From NCBI RefSeq assembly GCF_009914755.1, contig NC_060933.1: a stretch of 64,000 nucleotides of DNA. The stretch is one strand, 5' to 3'. This document shows positions 40,041-54,700 of the stretch, one piece after another. The position numbers were made by a program, and so were the translations under genes. This stretch comes from the human T2T-CHM13v2.0 reference genome, Homo sapiens. The stretch's first letter is position 1. The number at the start of each line of letters is the position of its first letter. The notes under the pieces were generated by a model, which searched no databases, was not told where the DNA came from, and worked only from the letters and a program-made list of their open reading frames with translations.

Positions 40041-42760
40041 CATTCCATTCCATTCCAGTCCTTTCCATTCCATTCCACTCGGGTTGATTCCATTCTATTA
40101 GTTTCCATTCCATTCCATTCCCTTCCATTCCACTCTGGTTGATTCCATTCCTTTCCATTCCATTTAATTCCATTCCATTCCATTCCATTCCATTCCATTC
40201 CAATCCGTTCCATTCCATTCTATTCCACTGCAACCGACTTGATTCCATTCCATTCCATTCTATTCCATTCCATTCCATTCCATTCCATTCCATTCCATTC
40301 CATTTTGTTCCAATCCATTCTATTCCGAACCATTCCATTCCATTCCATTACATTCCATTGCATTCCATTCCATGCCATTCCACTCGGGTTGATTCCATTC
40401 CATTCCATTGCATTCCATTCCATTCCATTCCATTCCCTTCCGTTCCATTCCATTTCATTACATTCATTTTGATTCTATTCAATTCCCTTACACTCCATTA
40501 TATTCCAATCCATTCTGGTTGTTTCCATTCCATTCCATTCCATTTCACTCCATTCCATTGCACTCGGTTTGATTCCATTCCATTCCATTCCATTCCATTC
40601 CGGATGATTCCATTCCATTGCATTCCATTCCATTCCATTCCCCTGCACTCAGGTTGATTCCATTCCATTCCATTCCACTCCATTCGGTTCCGTTCCATTC
40701 CATTCTATTGCATTCCATTCTATTCGGGTTAATTCCATTCCATTCTATTCCATTCCATTCCATTCCATTCCATTGCAATGGAGTTGATTCCATTCCATTC
40801 CATTCCATTCAAGATGATTCCATTCCATTGCATTCCATTCCATTCCATTCCCCTGCACTCGTGTTGATTCCATTACCTTCTATTCCATTCCATTCCGTTC
40901 CATTCCATTGCATTCCATTCTATTCCGGTTAATTCCATTCCATTCCATTCCATTCCATTCCATTCCATTCCATTGCAATCGAGTTGATTCCATTCCATTC
41001 CTTTCCATTCCATTCCATTGCCTTGCATTCCAATCGGGTTGATTCCATTCCCTTCTTTCCACTCCATTACATTCCCTTCCATTCCACTCGGAATGATTGA
41101 TTATATTCCATTCCATTCCATTTCATTCCATTGCAATCCATTCCAATCCATTCCATTCCATTCCACTCGAGTTGATTTCATTCCATTCCTTTCCATTCCA
41201 TTCCATTCCTTTCCATTCGAGTTGATTCCATTCCATTCCATTCCATTGCATTCCATTCCATGCCATTCCACTCGGGTTGATTCCATTCCTTTGCATTCCA
41301 TTCCATTCCATTCCATTCCATTCCATTCCATTCCGTTGCATTCCATTCCATTACATTCCGATTGATTCTATTCAACTCCCTTACTCTCCATTACATTCCA
41401 TTCCATTCGGGTTGTTCCATTCCATTCCATTCCATTCCACTCCATTCCATTGCACTCGGGTTGATTCCATTCCATTCCATTCCATTCCATTCCATTCCAT
41501 TCCGGATGATTCCATTCCATTGCATTCCGTTCCATTACATTCCCCTGCACTCGCGTTGATTCCATTCCATTCCATTCCATTCCATTCAATTCCATTCCAT
41601 TACAATTCGTTCCATTCCATTCTATTCCCTACCATTCCATTCCATTCCATACCATTCCATTCCATTCCATTCCATTCCATTCCATTCCTTTCCATTCCGT
41701 TCCATTCCATTCCATTCCATTCTATTCGGGTTAATTCCATTCCATTCCATTCCATTCCATTCCATTCCATTCCTTTCCATTCCATTACGGATGATTCCAT
41801 TCCATTGCATTCCATTCCATTCCATTCCCCTGTACTCGGGTTGTTTCCATTCCATTGCATTCCAATCCATGCCCTTCCACTCGTGTTGATTCCATTCTTT
41901 CCATTCCATTCAAGTTGAATCCATTCCATTGCATTCCATTCAATTCGATTCCATTCGATTGCACTCGGGTTGATTCCATTCCATTGCATTCCATTCCATT
42001 CCATTCCATTCCATTCCATTCCATTCCATTCCGTTCCATTCCATTCCATTACATTCGGATTGATTCTATTCAATTCCCTTACACTCCATTACATTCCATT
42101 CCATTCGGGTAGTTTCCATTCCATTCCATTCCATTCCTCTCCATTCCATTGCACTCGGGTTGATTCCATTCCATTGCATTCCATTCCATTCCATTCAATT
42201 CCATTCCGTTCCATTCCATTCCATTACATTCTAATTGATTCTATTCATCTCCCTTAGTCTCCATTACATTCCATTCCATTCGGGTTGTTCCATTCCATTC
42301 CATTCCATTCCACTCCATTCCATTGCACTCGGGTTGATTCCATTCCATTCCATTCCATTCCATTCCATTCCATTCCGGAAGATTCCATTCCATTGCATTC
42401 CATTCCATTCCATTCCCCTGCACTCGCGTTGATTCCATTCCATTCCATTCCATTCGATTCCATTCCACTCCATTCCATTGCACTCGGGTTGATTCCATTC
42501 CATTCCATTCCATTCCATTCCATTCCGGATGATTCCATTCCATTGCATTCCGTTCCATTACATTCCCCTGCACTCGCGTTGATTCCATTCCATTCCATTC
42601 CATTCCATTCAATTCCATTCCATTACAATTCGTTCCATTCCATTCTATTCCGTACCATTCCATTCCATACCATTCCATTTCATTCCATTCCATTCCATTC
42701 CATTCCATTCCGTTCCACTCCGTTCCATTCCATTCCATTGCATTCTATTCGGGTTAATCC
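40040..42760 (+). repeat. Block Y: ~2.7-kb spacer between A and A', mostly a diverged copy of ~17380-20060 with an internal ~330-bp deletion
   Basis: ORFs 17906..18220 vs 40618..40932 (+22712), 18679..18873 vs 41381..41575 (+22702) and 19483 vs 41855 (+22372). Shared rare words TTTTGTTCCAATCC, TTCCGAACC and CCCTTAGTCT. Confidence 0.85.
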
Positions 42761-45700
42761 CATTCCATTCCATTCCATTCCATTCTATGCCATTCCATTG
42801 CAATCGAGTTGAATCCATTGCATTTCATTCCATTCCATTCCATTCCATTCCATTCCGGAAGATTCCATTCCATTGCATTCCATTCCATTCCATTCCCCTG
42901 CATTCGCGTTGATTCCATTCCATTCCATTCCATTCCATTCCATTCGGTTCCGTTCCATTCCATTCCATTCCATTCCATTCCGTTCCGTTCCATTCCTTTC
43001 CATTCCATTCTATTCGTGTTAATTCCATTCCATTCCATTCGATTGCAATCGAGTTGATTCCATTCCATTCCATTCCATTCCATTCCATTCCATTCCATTC
43101 CATTCCTTTCCATTCCATTACGGATGATTCCATTCCATTGCATTCCATTCCATTCCATTCCCCTGTACTCGGGTTGATTCCATTCCATTCCATTCCAATC
43201 CTTGCCATTCCACTCGTGTTGATTCCATTCTTTCCATTCCATTCAAGTTGAATCCATCCCATTGCATTCCATTCCATTCGATTCCATTCGATTGCACTCG
43301 GGTTGATTCCATTCCATTGCATTCCATTCCATTCCATTCCATTCCATTCCATTCCATTCCGTTCCATTCCATTTCTTTACATTCAGATTGATTCTATTCA
43401 ATTCCCTTACACTCCATTATATTCCAATCCATTCTGGTTGTTTCCATTCCATTCCATTCCATTTCACTCCATTCCATTGCACTCGGGTTGATTCCATTCC
43501 ATTCTATTCCATTGCATTCCATTCCGTTCCATTCCGGATGATTCCATTCCATTGCATTCCTTTCCATTCCATTCCCCTGCAATCGGGTTGATTCCATTCG
43601 TTTCCATTACATTACATTCCGTTCCATTCCATTCCATTCCATTCGGATTGATTGTATTCAATTCCCTTACACTCCATTTCATTCCATTCTATTCGGGTAG
43701 TTTCCATTCCATTCCATTCCATTCCTCTCCATTCCATTGCACTCGGGTTGATTCCATTCCATTCCATTCCATTCCATTCCATTCCATTCCATTACATTAC
43801 ATTACATTCCTTTCCATTGTACTCGGTTTGATTCCATTCCATTGCATTCCATTCCATTCCATTCCATTCCATTCCATTCCATTCCATTCCGTTCCATTCC
43901 ATTACATTCGGATTGATTCTATTCAACTCCCTAACTCTCCATTACATTCCATTCCATTCGGGTTGTTCCATTCCATTCCATTCCATTCCACTCCATTCCA
44001 TTGCACTCGGGTTGATTCCATTCCATTCCATTCCATTCAATTCCATTCCATTCCATTCCGGATGATTCCATTCCATTGCATTCCGTTCCATTACATTCCC
44101 CTGCATTCGGGTTGATTCCATTCCATTCCATTCGATTCCATTCCATTCGAATTCTTTCCTTTCCATTCTATTCCGTACCATTCCATTCCATTCCATACAA
44201 TTCCATTCCATTCACTTCCACTCCGTACCGTTCCGTTCCGTTCCGTTCCATTCCATTCCATTCCATTCTATTCGGTTTAATTCCATTCCTTTCCATTCCA
44301 TTCCATTCTATTCCATTCCATTGCACTCGAGTTGCATCCATTGCATTCCATTCCATTCCATTCCATTCCATTCCATTCCATTCCATTCCGGAAGATTCCA
44401 TTCCATTGCATTCCATTCCATTCCATTCCATTCCATTCCATTCCATTGTACTCGGGTTGATTCCATTCCATTGCATTCCATTCCATTCCATTCCATTCCA
44501 TTCCATTCCATTCCATTCCATTCCATTACATTCGGATTGATTCTTTTCAACTCCCTTACTCTCCATTCCATTCCATTCCATTCCATTCCATTCCATTCCG
44601 GAAGATTCCATTCCATTGCATTCCATTCCATTCCATTCCATTGTACTCGGGTGGATTCCATTCCATTGCATTCCATTCTATTCCTTTCCATTCCATTCCA
44701 TTCCGTTCCATTCCATTGCATTACATTCGGATTGATTCTTTTCAACTCACTTACTCTCCATTACATTCCATTCCATTTGGGTTGTTCCATTCCATTCAAT
44801 TCCCTTCCACTCCATTCCATTTCACTCGGGTTGATTCCATTCCATTCTATTCCATTGCATTCCGGGTGATTCCATTCCATTGCATTCCGTTCCATTAGAT
44901 TCCCCTGCACTCGGGTTGATTCCATTCCATTCCATTCCATTCCATTCCATTCCATTACATTCCCCTGCACTCGCGTTGATTCCATTCCATTCCATTCCAT
45001 TCCATTCCATTCCATTCCATTCCATTCCATTCCTTTCCATTCCAGTCCTTTCCATTCCATTCCACTCGGGTTGATTCCATTCTATTAGTTTCCATTCCAT
45101 TCCATTCCCTTCCATTCCACTCTGGTTGATTCCATTCCTTTCCATTCCACTCGAATACATTCCCTCCTATTCCACTCGGAACGATTCCATTCCATTCCAT
45201 TCCATTCAATTCCATTCCATTCCATTCCATTCCATTTCGTTCCATTCCATTCTATTCCGTATCATTCCATTCCATTCCATTCCATTCCATTCCACTCGTG
45301 TTGATTCCATTCCTTTCCATTCCATTCGGTTTGAAGGCATTCCATTCCATTCCATTCCATTCCTTTCCATTCCATTCCATTCCATTCCATTCTATTTTAC
45401 TCGGGTTGATTCCATTCCGTTGCATTCCATTCCATTCCATTCCATTCCTTTCCATTCCGTTGCATTCCATTCCATTACATTCGGATTGATTCTATTCAAC
45501 TCCCTTACTCTCCATTACATTCCATTCCATTCGGGTTGTTCCATTCCATTCCATTCCATTCCACTCCATTCCATTGCACTCGGGTTGATTCCATTCCATT
45601 CCATTCCATTCCATTCCATTCCGGATGATTCCATTCCATTGCATTCCGTTCCTTTACATTCCCCTGCACTCGCGTTGATTCCATTCCATTCCATTCAATT

Positions 45701-48700
45701 CCATTCCATTACACTTCGTTCCATTCCCTTCTATTCCGTACCATTCCATTCCATTCCATACCATTCCATTCCATTCCATTCCATTCCATTCCATTCTGTT
45801 CCATTCCGTTCCATTCCATTCCATTCCATTCTATTCGGGTTAATTCCATTCCATTCCATTCCATTCCATTCCATTCCATTCTATTCCATTCCATTGCAAT
45901 CCAGTTGAATCCATTGCATTTCATTCCATTCCATTCCATTCTATTCAATTCCATTCCGTTCCATTCCATTCCATTACATTCGGATTGATTCTATTCAACT
46001 CCCTTACTCTCCATTACATTCCATTCCATTCGGGTTGTTCCATTCCATTCCATTCCATTCCACTCCATTCCATTGCACTCGGGTTTATTCCATTCCATTC
46101 CATTCCATTCCATTCCATTCCATTCCATTCCGTTCCGTTCCATTCCATTCCATTCCATTCTATTCGGGTTAATTCCATTCCATTCCATTCCATTCCATTC
46201 CAATCGAGTTGATTCCATTCCATTCCATTCCATTCCACTCCATTCCAGTCCTTTCCATTCCATTCCACTCGGGTTGATTCCAATGTATTCCTTTCCATTC
46301 CATTCCATTCCATTGCAATCGAGTTGATTCCATTGCTTTCAATTCCATTCCATTCCATTCCATTCCGGATGACTCCATTCCATTGCATTCCATTCCATTC
46401 CATTCTCCTGCACTCGGGTTGATTCCATTCCATTCAACTCCTTTCCGTTCCATTCCATTCCATTCCATTGTATTCGGGTTAATTCCATTCCATTCCATTC
46501 CATTCCATTCCATTCCATTACAATCGAGTTGATTCCATTCCATTCCATTCCATTCCTCTCCTTTCCATTGCACTCGGGTTGATTCCATTCCATTGCATTC
46601 CATTCCATTCCATTCAATTCCATTCCGTTCCATTCCATTCCATTACATTCGGATTGATTCTATTCAACTCCCTTACTCTCCATTACATTCCATTCCATTC
46701 GGGTTGTTCCATTCCATTCCATTCCATTCCACTCCATTCCATTGCACTCGGGTTGATTCCATTCCATTCCATTCCATTCCATTCCATTCCATTCCGGAAG
46801 ATTCCATTCCATTGCATTCCATTCCATTCCATTCCCCTGCACTCGCGTTGATTCCATTCTATTCCATTCTATTCCATTCCATTCCCTTCCTTTCCGTTCC
46901 ATTCCATTCCATTCCTTTCCATTCCATTCCATTCCGTTCCGTTCCTTTCCATTCCATTACGGATGATTCCATTCCATTGCATTCCATTCCATTCCATTCC
47001 CCTGCACTCGGGTTGATTCCATTCCATTCCATTACATTCGGATTGATTCTATTCAACTCCCTTACTCTCCATTACATTCCATTCCATTCGGGTTGTTCCA
47101 TTCCATTCCATTCCATTCCACTCCATTCCATTGCACTCGGGTTGATTCCATTCCATTCCATTCCATTCCATTCCATTCCATTCCAATCCGGATGATTCCA
47201 TTCCATTGCATTCCGTTCCATTACATTCCCCTGCACTCGCGTTGATTCCATTCCATTCCATTCAATTCCATTCCATTACACTTCGCTCCATTCCATTCTA
47301 TTCCGTACCATTCCATTCCATTCCATACCATTCCATTCCATTCCATTCCATTCCATTCCGTTCCATTCCGTTCCATTCCATTCCATTCCATTCTATTCGA
47401 ATTAATTCCATTCCATTCCATTCCATTCCATTCTATTCCATTCCATTGCAATCGAGTTGAATCCATTGCATTTCATTCCATTCCATTCCATTCCATTCCA
47501 TTCCGGAAGATTCCATTCCATTGCATTCCATTCTATTCCATTCCCCTGCACTCGCGTTGATTCCATTCCATTCCATTCTATTCCATTCCATTCCCTTCCT
47601 TTCCGTTCCATTCCATTCCATTCCATTCCATTCCACTCCATTCCGTTCCGTTCCATTCCATTCCATTCCATTCTATTCGGGTTAATTCCATTCCATTCCA
47701 TTCGATTGCAATGGAGTTGATTCCATTCCATTCCATTCCATTCCATTCCATTCCATTCCTTTCCATTCCATTACGGATGATTCCATTCCATTGCATTCCA
47801 TTCCATTCCATTCCCCTGTACTCGGGTTGATTCCATTCCATTCCATTCCAATCCATGCCATTCCACTCGTGTTGATTCCATTCTTTCCATTCCATTCAAG
47901 TTGAATCCATTCCATTGCATTCCATTCCATTCGATTCCATTCGATTGCACTCGGGTTGATTCCATTTCATTGCATTCCATTCCATTCCATTCCATTCCAT
48001 TCCATTCCGTTCCATTCCATTCCATTACATTCGGATTGATTCTATTCAATTCCCTTACACTCCATTACATTCCATTCCATTCGTGTAGTTTCCATTCCAT
48101 TCCATTCCATTCCTCTCCATTCCATTGAACTCGGGTTGATTCCATTCCATTGCATTCCATTCCATTCCATTCAATTCCATTCCGTTCCATTCCATTCCAT
48201 TACATTCGGATTGATTCTATTCAACTCCCTTACTCTCCATTACATTCCATTCCATTCGGGTTGTTCCATTCCATTCCATTCCATTCCACTCCATTCCATT
48301 GCACTCGGGTTTATTCCATTCCATTCCATTCCATTCCATTCCATTCCATTCCATTCCGGAAGATTCCATTCCATTGCATTCCATTCCATTCCATTCCCCT
48401 GCACTCGCGTTGATTCCATTCCATTACATTCCATTCCATTCCATTCCATTCCATTCCTTTTCGTTCCAATCCATTCCATTCCATTCCATTCCATTCCATT
48501 CCATTCCATTCCAATCGAGTTGATTCCATTCCATTCCATTCCATTCCATTCCACTCCATTCCAGTCCTTTCCATTCCATTACACTCGGGTTGATTCCAAT
48601 GTATTCCTTTCCACTCCATTCCATTCCATTGCAATCGAGTTGACTCCATTGCTTTGCATTCCATTCCATTCCATTCCATTCGGGATGATTCCATTCCATT

Positions 48701-51700
48701 GCATTCCATTCCATTCCATTCCCCTGCACTCGGGTTGATTCCATTCCATTCCACTCCATTCCGTTCCATTCCATTCCATTGCATTGTATTCGGGTTAATT
48801 CCATTCCATTCCATTCCATTCCATTCCATTCCATTCCATTCCATTCCATTACAATCGAGTTGATTCCATTCCATTCCATTCCATTCCAGTCCTTTCCATT
48901 CCATTCCACTCGGGTTGATTCCATTCTATTAGTTTCCATTCCATTCCATTCCCTTCCATTCCACTCTGGTTGATTCCATTCCTTTCCATTCCACTCGAAT
49001 ACATTTCCTCCTATTCCACTCGGAACGATTCCATTCCATTCCATTCCATTCCATTTCGTTCCATTCCATTCTATTCCGTATCATTCCATTCCATTCCATT
49101 CCATTCCATTCCCCTGCAGTCGGGTTGTTTCCATTCCATTCCATTCCCTTCCATTCCATTCCATTCCATTCCATTCCGTTCCGTTCCATTCCATTCCATT
49201 CCATTCTATTCGGGTTAATTCCATTCCATTCCATTCCATTCCATTCCATTCCAATCGAGTTGATTCCATTCCATTCCATTCCATTCCATTCCACTCCATT
49301 CCAGTCCTTTCCATTCCATTCCACTCGGGTTGATTCCAATGTATTCCTTTCCATTCCATTCCATTCCATTGCAATCGAGTTGATTCCATTGCTTTGCATT
49401 CCATTCCATTCCATTTCATTCCGGATGATTCCATTCCATTGCATTCCATTCCATTCCATTCCTCTCCATTCCATTGCACTCGGGTTGATTGCATTCCATT
49501 CCATTCCATTCCGTTACATTACATTACATTACATTACATTCCGTTCCATTGTACTCGGGTTGATTCCATTCCATTGCATTCCATTCCATTCCATTCCATT
49601 CCATTCCATTCCATTCCATTCCATTCCATTCCATTCCGTTCCATTCCATTACATTCGGATTGATTCTATTCAACTCCCTTACTCTCCATTACATTCCATT
49701 CCATTCGGGTTGTTCCATTCCATTCCATTCCATTCAACTCCATTCCATTGCGCTCGGGTTGATTCCATTCCATTCCATTCCATTCCATTCCATTCCATTC
49801 CATTCCATTCCGGATTATTCCATTCCATTGCATTCCGTTCCATTACATTCCCCTGCACTCGGGTTGATTCCATTCCATTCCATTCCATTCCATTCCATTC
49901 CATTCCATTCTATTCCATTCCAATTCTTTCCATTCCATTCTATTCCGTAGCATTCCATTCCATTCCATACAATTCCATTGCATTCCATTCTACTCCGTTC
50001 CGTTCCGTTCCGTTCTGTTCCTTTCCATTCCATTCCATTCCATTCTATTCGGTTTAACTCCATTCCATTCCATTCCATTCCATTCCATTCTATTCCATTC
50101 CATTGCAATCGAGTTGAATCCATTGCATTCCATTCCATTCCATTCCATTCCATTCCATTCCGGAAGATTCCATTCCATTGTATTCCATTCCATTCCATTC
50201 CATTCCATTCCATTCCATTCCATTCCATTCCATTCCATTCCATTCCATTCCATTCCATTCCATTGTACTCGGGTTGATTCCATTCCATTGCATTCCATTC
50301 CATTCCATTCCATTCCGTTCCATTCCATTCCATTACATTCGGATTGATTCTTTTCAACTCCCTTACTCTCCATTACATTCCATTCCATTCGGGTTGTTCC
50401 ATTCCATTCCATTCCATTCCACTCCATTCCATTGCACTCATGTTGATTCCATTCCATTCCATTCCGGATGATTCCATTCCATTGCATTCCGTTCCATTAC
50501 ATTCCCCTGCACTCGGGTTGATTCCATTCCATTCCTTTCCATTCCATTCGATTCCATTCCATTCCCCTGCACTCGCGTTGATTCCATTCCATTCCATTCC
50601 ATTCCATTCCATTCCATTCCATTCCATTCCTTTCCGTTCCATTCCATTCCATTCCATTCCATTCCGTTCCGTTCCATTCCATTCCATTCCATTCTATTCG
50701 GGTTAATTCCATTCCATTCCATTCGATTGCAATCGAGTTGATTCCATTCCATTCCATTCCATTCCATTCCATTCCATTCCAGTCCTTTCCATTCCTTTCC
50801 ATTACATTACTGATGATTCCATTCTATTGCATTCCATTCCATTCCATTCCCCTGTACTCGGGTTGATTCCATTCCATTCCATTAAAATCCATGCCATTCC
50901 ACTCGTGTTGATTCCATGCTTTCCTTTCCATTCAAGTTGAATCCATTCCATTGCATTCCATTCCATTCGATTCCATTCGATTGCACTCGGGTTGATTCCA
51001 TTCCATTGCATTCCATTCCATTCCATTCAATTCCATTCCGTTCCATTAAATTTCATTACATTCAGATTGATTCTTTTCAGTTCCCTTACACTCCATTATA
51101 TTCCAATCCATTCTGGTTGTTTCCATTCCATTCCATTCCATTTCACTCCATTCCATTGCACTCGGGTTGATTCCATTCCATTGCATTCCATTGCATTCCA
51201 TTCCATTCCATTCCGGATGATTCCATTCCATTTCATTCCATTCCATTCCATTCCCCTGCACTCGGGTTGATTCCATTCCATTCCATTCCATTACATTCCG
51301 TTCCATTCCATTCCATTCCATTCGGATTGATTCTATTCAATTCCCTTACACTCCATTACATTCCATTCCATTCGGGTAGTTTCCATTCCATTCCATTCCA
51401 TTCCTCTCCATTCCAATGCACTCGGGTTGATTCCATTCCATTCCATTCCATTCCATTCCATTCCATTCCATTACATTACATTCCATTCCATTCCGTTCCA
51501 TTGTACTCGGGTTGATTCCATTCCATTGCATTCCATTCCATTCCATTCCATTCCATTCCATTCCATTCCATTCCATTCGTATTGATTCTATTCAACTCCC
51601 TTACTCGCCATTACATTCCATTCCATTCGGGTTGTTCCATTCGATTCCATTCCATTCCACTCCATTCCATTGCACTCGGGTTGATTGCATTCCATTCCAT

Positions 51701-54700
51701 TCCACTCCATTCCATTCCATTCCATTCCATTCCGGATGATTCCATTCCATTGCATTCCGTTCCATTACATTCCCCTGCACTCGGGTTGATTCCATTCCAT
51801 TCCATTCCATTCCATTCGATTCCATTCCATTCCAATTCTTTCCATTCCATTCTATTCCGTACCATGCCATTCCATTCCATACAATTCCATTCCATTCCAT
51901 TCCACTCTGTTCCGTTCCGTTCCGTTCCGTTCCGTTCCATTCCATTCCATTCCATTCTATTCGGGTTAATTCCATTCCATTCCATTCGATTGCAATCGAG
52001 TTGATTCCATTCCATTCCATTCCATTCCATTCCATTCCATTCCTTTCCATTCCATTACGGATGATTCCATTCCATTGCATTCCATTCCATTCCATTCCCC
52101 TGTACTCGGGTTGATTCCATTCCATTCCATTCCAATCCATGCCATTCCACTCGTGTTGATTCCATTCTTTCCATTCCATTCAAGTTGAATCCATTCCATT
52201 GCCTTCCATTCCATTCCATTCCCCTGCAGTCTGGTTGATTCCATTCCATTCCATTCCATTCCATTCCATTCCATTCCATTCCGTTCCGTTCCATTCCATT
52301 CCATTCCATTCTTTTCGGGTTAATTCCATTCCATTCCATTCCATTCCATTCCAATCGAGTTGATTAAATTCCATTCCATTCCATTCCATTCCACTCCATT
52401 CCAGTCCTTTCCATTCCATTCCACTCGGGTTGATTCCAATGTATTCCTTTCCATTCCATTCCATTCCATTGCAATCGAGTTGATTCCATTGCTTTGCATT
52501 CCATTCGATTCCATTCCATTCCGGATGATTCCATTCCATTGCATTCCATTCCATTCCATTCCCCTGCACTCGGGTTGATTCCATTCCATTCCACTCCATT
52601 CCGTTCCATTCCATTCCATTCCAGTGTATTCGGGTTAATTCCATTCCATTCCATTCCATTCCATTCCATTCCATTCCATTCCATTACAATCGAGTTGATT
52701 CCATTCCATTCCATTCCATTCCAGTCCTTTCCATTCCATTCCACTCGGGTTGATTCCATTCTATTAGATTCCATTCCATTCCATTCCCTTCCATTCCACT
52801 CTGGTTGATACCATTCCTTTCCATTCCACTCGAATACATTCCCTCCTATTCCACTCGGAACGATTCCATTCCATTGCATTCCATTCCATTCCATTTCGTT
52901 CCATTCCATTCTATTCCGTATCTTTCCATTCCATTCCATTCCATTCCATTCCATTCCATTCCATTCCATTGTACTCGGGTTGATTCAATTCCATTGTATT
53001 CCATTCCATTCCATTCCATTCCATTCCGTTGCATTCCATTCCATTACATTCGGATTGATTCTATTCAACTCCCTTACTCTCCATTACATTCCATTCCATT
53101 CGGGTTGTTCCATTCCATTCCATTCCATTCCATTCCATTCCATTCCATTCTATTCGGATTAATTCCATTCCATTCCATTCCATTCCATTCTATTCCATTC
53201 CATTGCAATCGAGTTGAATCCATTGCATTTCATTCCATTCCATTCCATTCCATTCCATTCCATTCCATTCCAATCCGGAAGATTCCATTCCATTGCATTC
53301 CATTCCATTCCATTCCCCTGCACTCGCGTTCATTCCATTCCATTCCATTCCATTCCATTCCATTCCATTCGGGTTGTTCCATTCCATTCCATTCCATTCC
53401 ACTCCATTCCATTGCACTCGGGTTTATTCCATTCCATTCCATTCCATTCCATTCCATTCTATTCCATTCCATTCCAGAAGATTCCATTCCATTGCATTCC
53501 ATTCCATTCCATTCCCCTGCACTCGCGTTCATTCCATTCCATTCCATTCCATTCCATTCCATTCCATTCCATTCCTTTCCGTTCCATTCCATTCCATTCC
53601 ATTCCATTCCATTCCATGCCATTCCGTTCTGTTCCGTTCCGTTCCATTCCATTCCATTCCATTCTATTCGGGTTAATTCCATTCCATTCCATTCGACTGC
53701 ATTCGAGTTGATTCCATTCCATTCCATTCCATTCCATTCCATTCCATTCCATTCCATTCCTTTCCATTCCATTACGGATGATTCCATTCCATTGCATTCC
53801 ATTCCATTCCATTCCCCTGTACTCGGGTTGATTCCATTCCATTCCATTCCAATCCATGCCATTCCACTCGTGTTGATTCCATTCTTTCCATTCCATTCAA
53901 GTTGAATCCATTACATTGCATTCCATTCCATTCCATTCCCCTGCAGTCGGGTTGATTCCATTCCATTCCATTCCATTCCATTCCATTCTATTCCGTTCCG
54001 TTCCGTTCCATTCCATTCCATTCCATTCCATTCTATTCGGGTTAATTCCATTCCATTCCATTCCATTCCATTCCATTCCAATCGAGTTGATTCCATTCCA
54101 TTCCATTCCATTCCATTCCACTCCATTCCAGTCCTTTTCATTCCATTCCACTCGGGTTGATTCCAATGTATTCCTTTCCATTCCATTCCATTCCATTGCA
54201 ATCGAGTTGATTCCATTGCTTTGCATTCCATTCCATTCCATTCCATTCCGGATGATTCCATTCCATTGCATTCCATTCCATTCCATTCCTCTGCACTCGG
54301 GTTGATTCCATTCCATTCCACTCCATTCCGTTCCATTCCATTCCATTCCATTGTATTCGGGTTAATTCAATTCCATTCCATTCCATTCCATTCCATTCCA
54401 TTCCATTCCATCACAATCGAGTTTGTTCCATTCCATTCCATTCCATTCCATTCCATTCCATTCCGGATGATTCCATTCGATTACATTCCGTTCCATTACA
54501 TTCCCCTGCACGCGGGTTGATTCCATTCCATTCCATTCCATTCCATTCCATTCCATTCGATTCCATTCCATTCCAATTCTTTCCATTCCATTCTATTCCG
54601 TACCATTCCATTGCATTCCATACCATTCCATTCCATTCCATTCCATTCCATTCCATTCCATTCCGTTCCGTTCCATCCCAATCCATTCCATTTTATTCGG

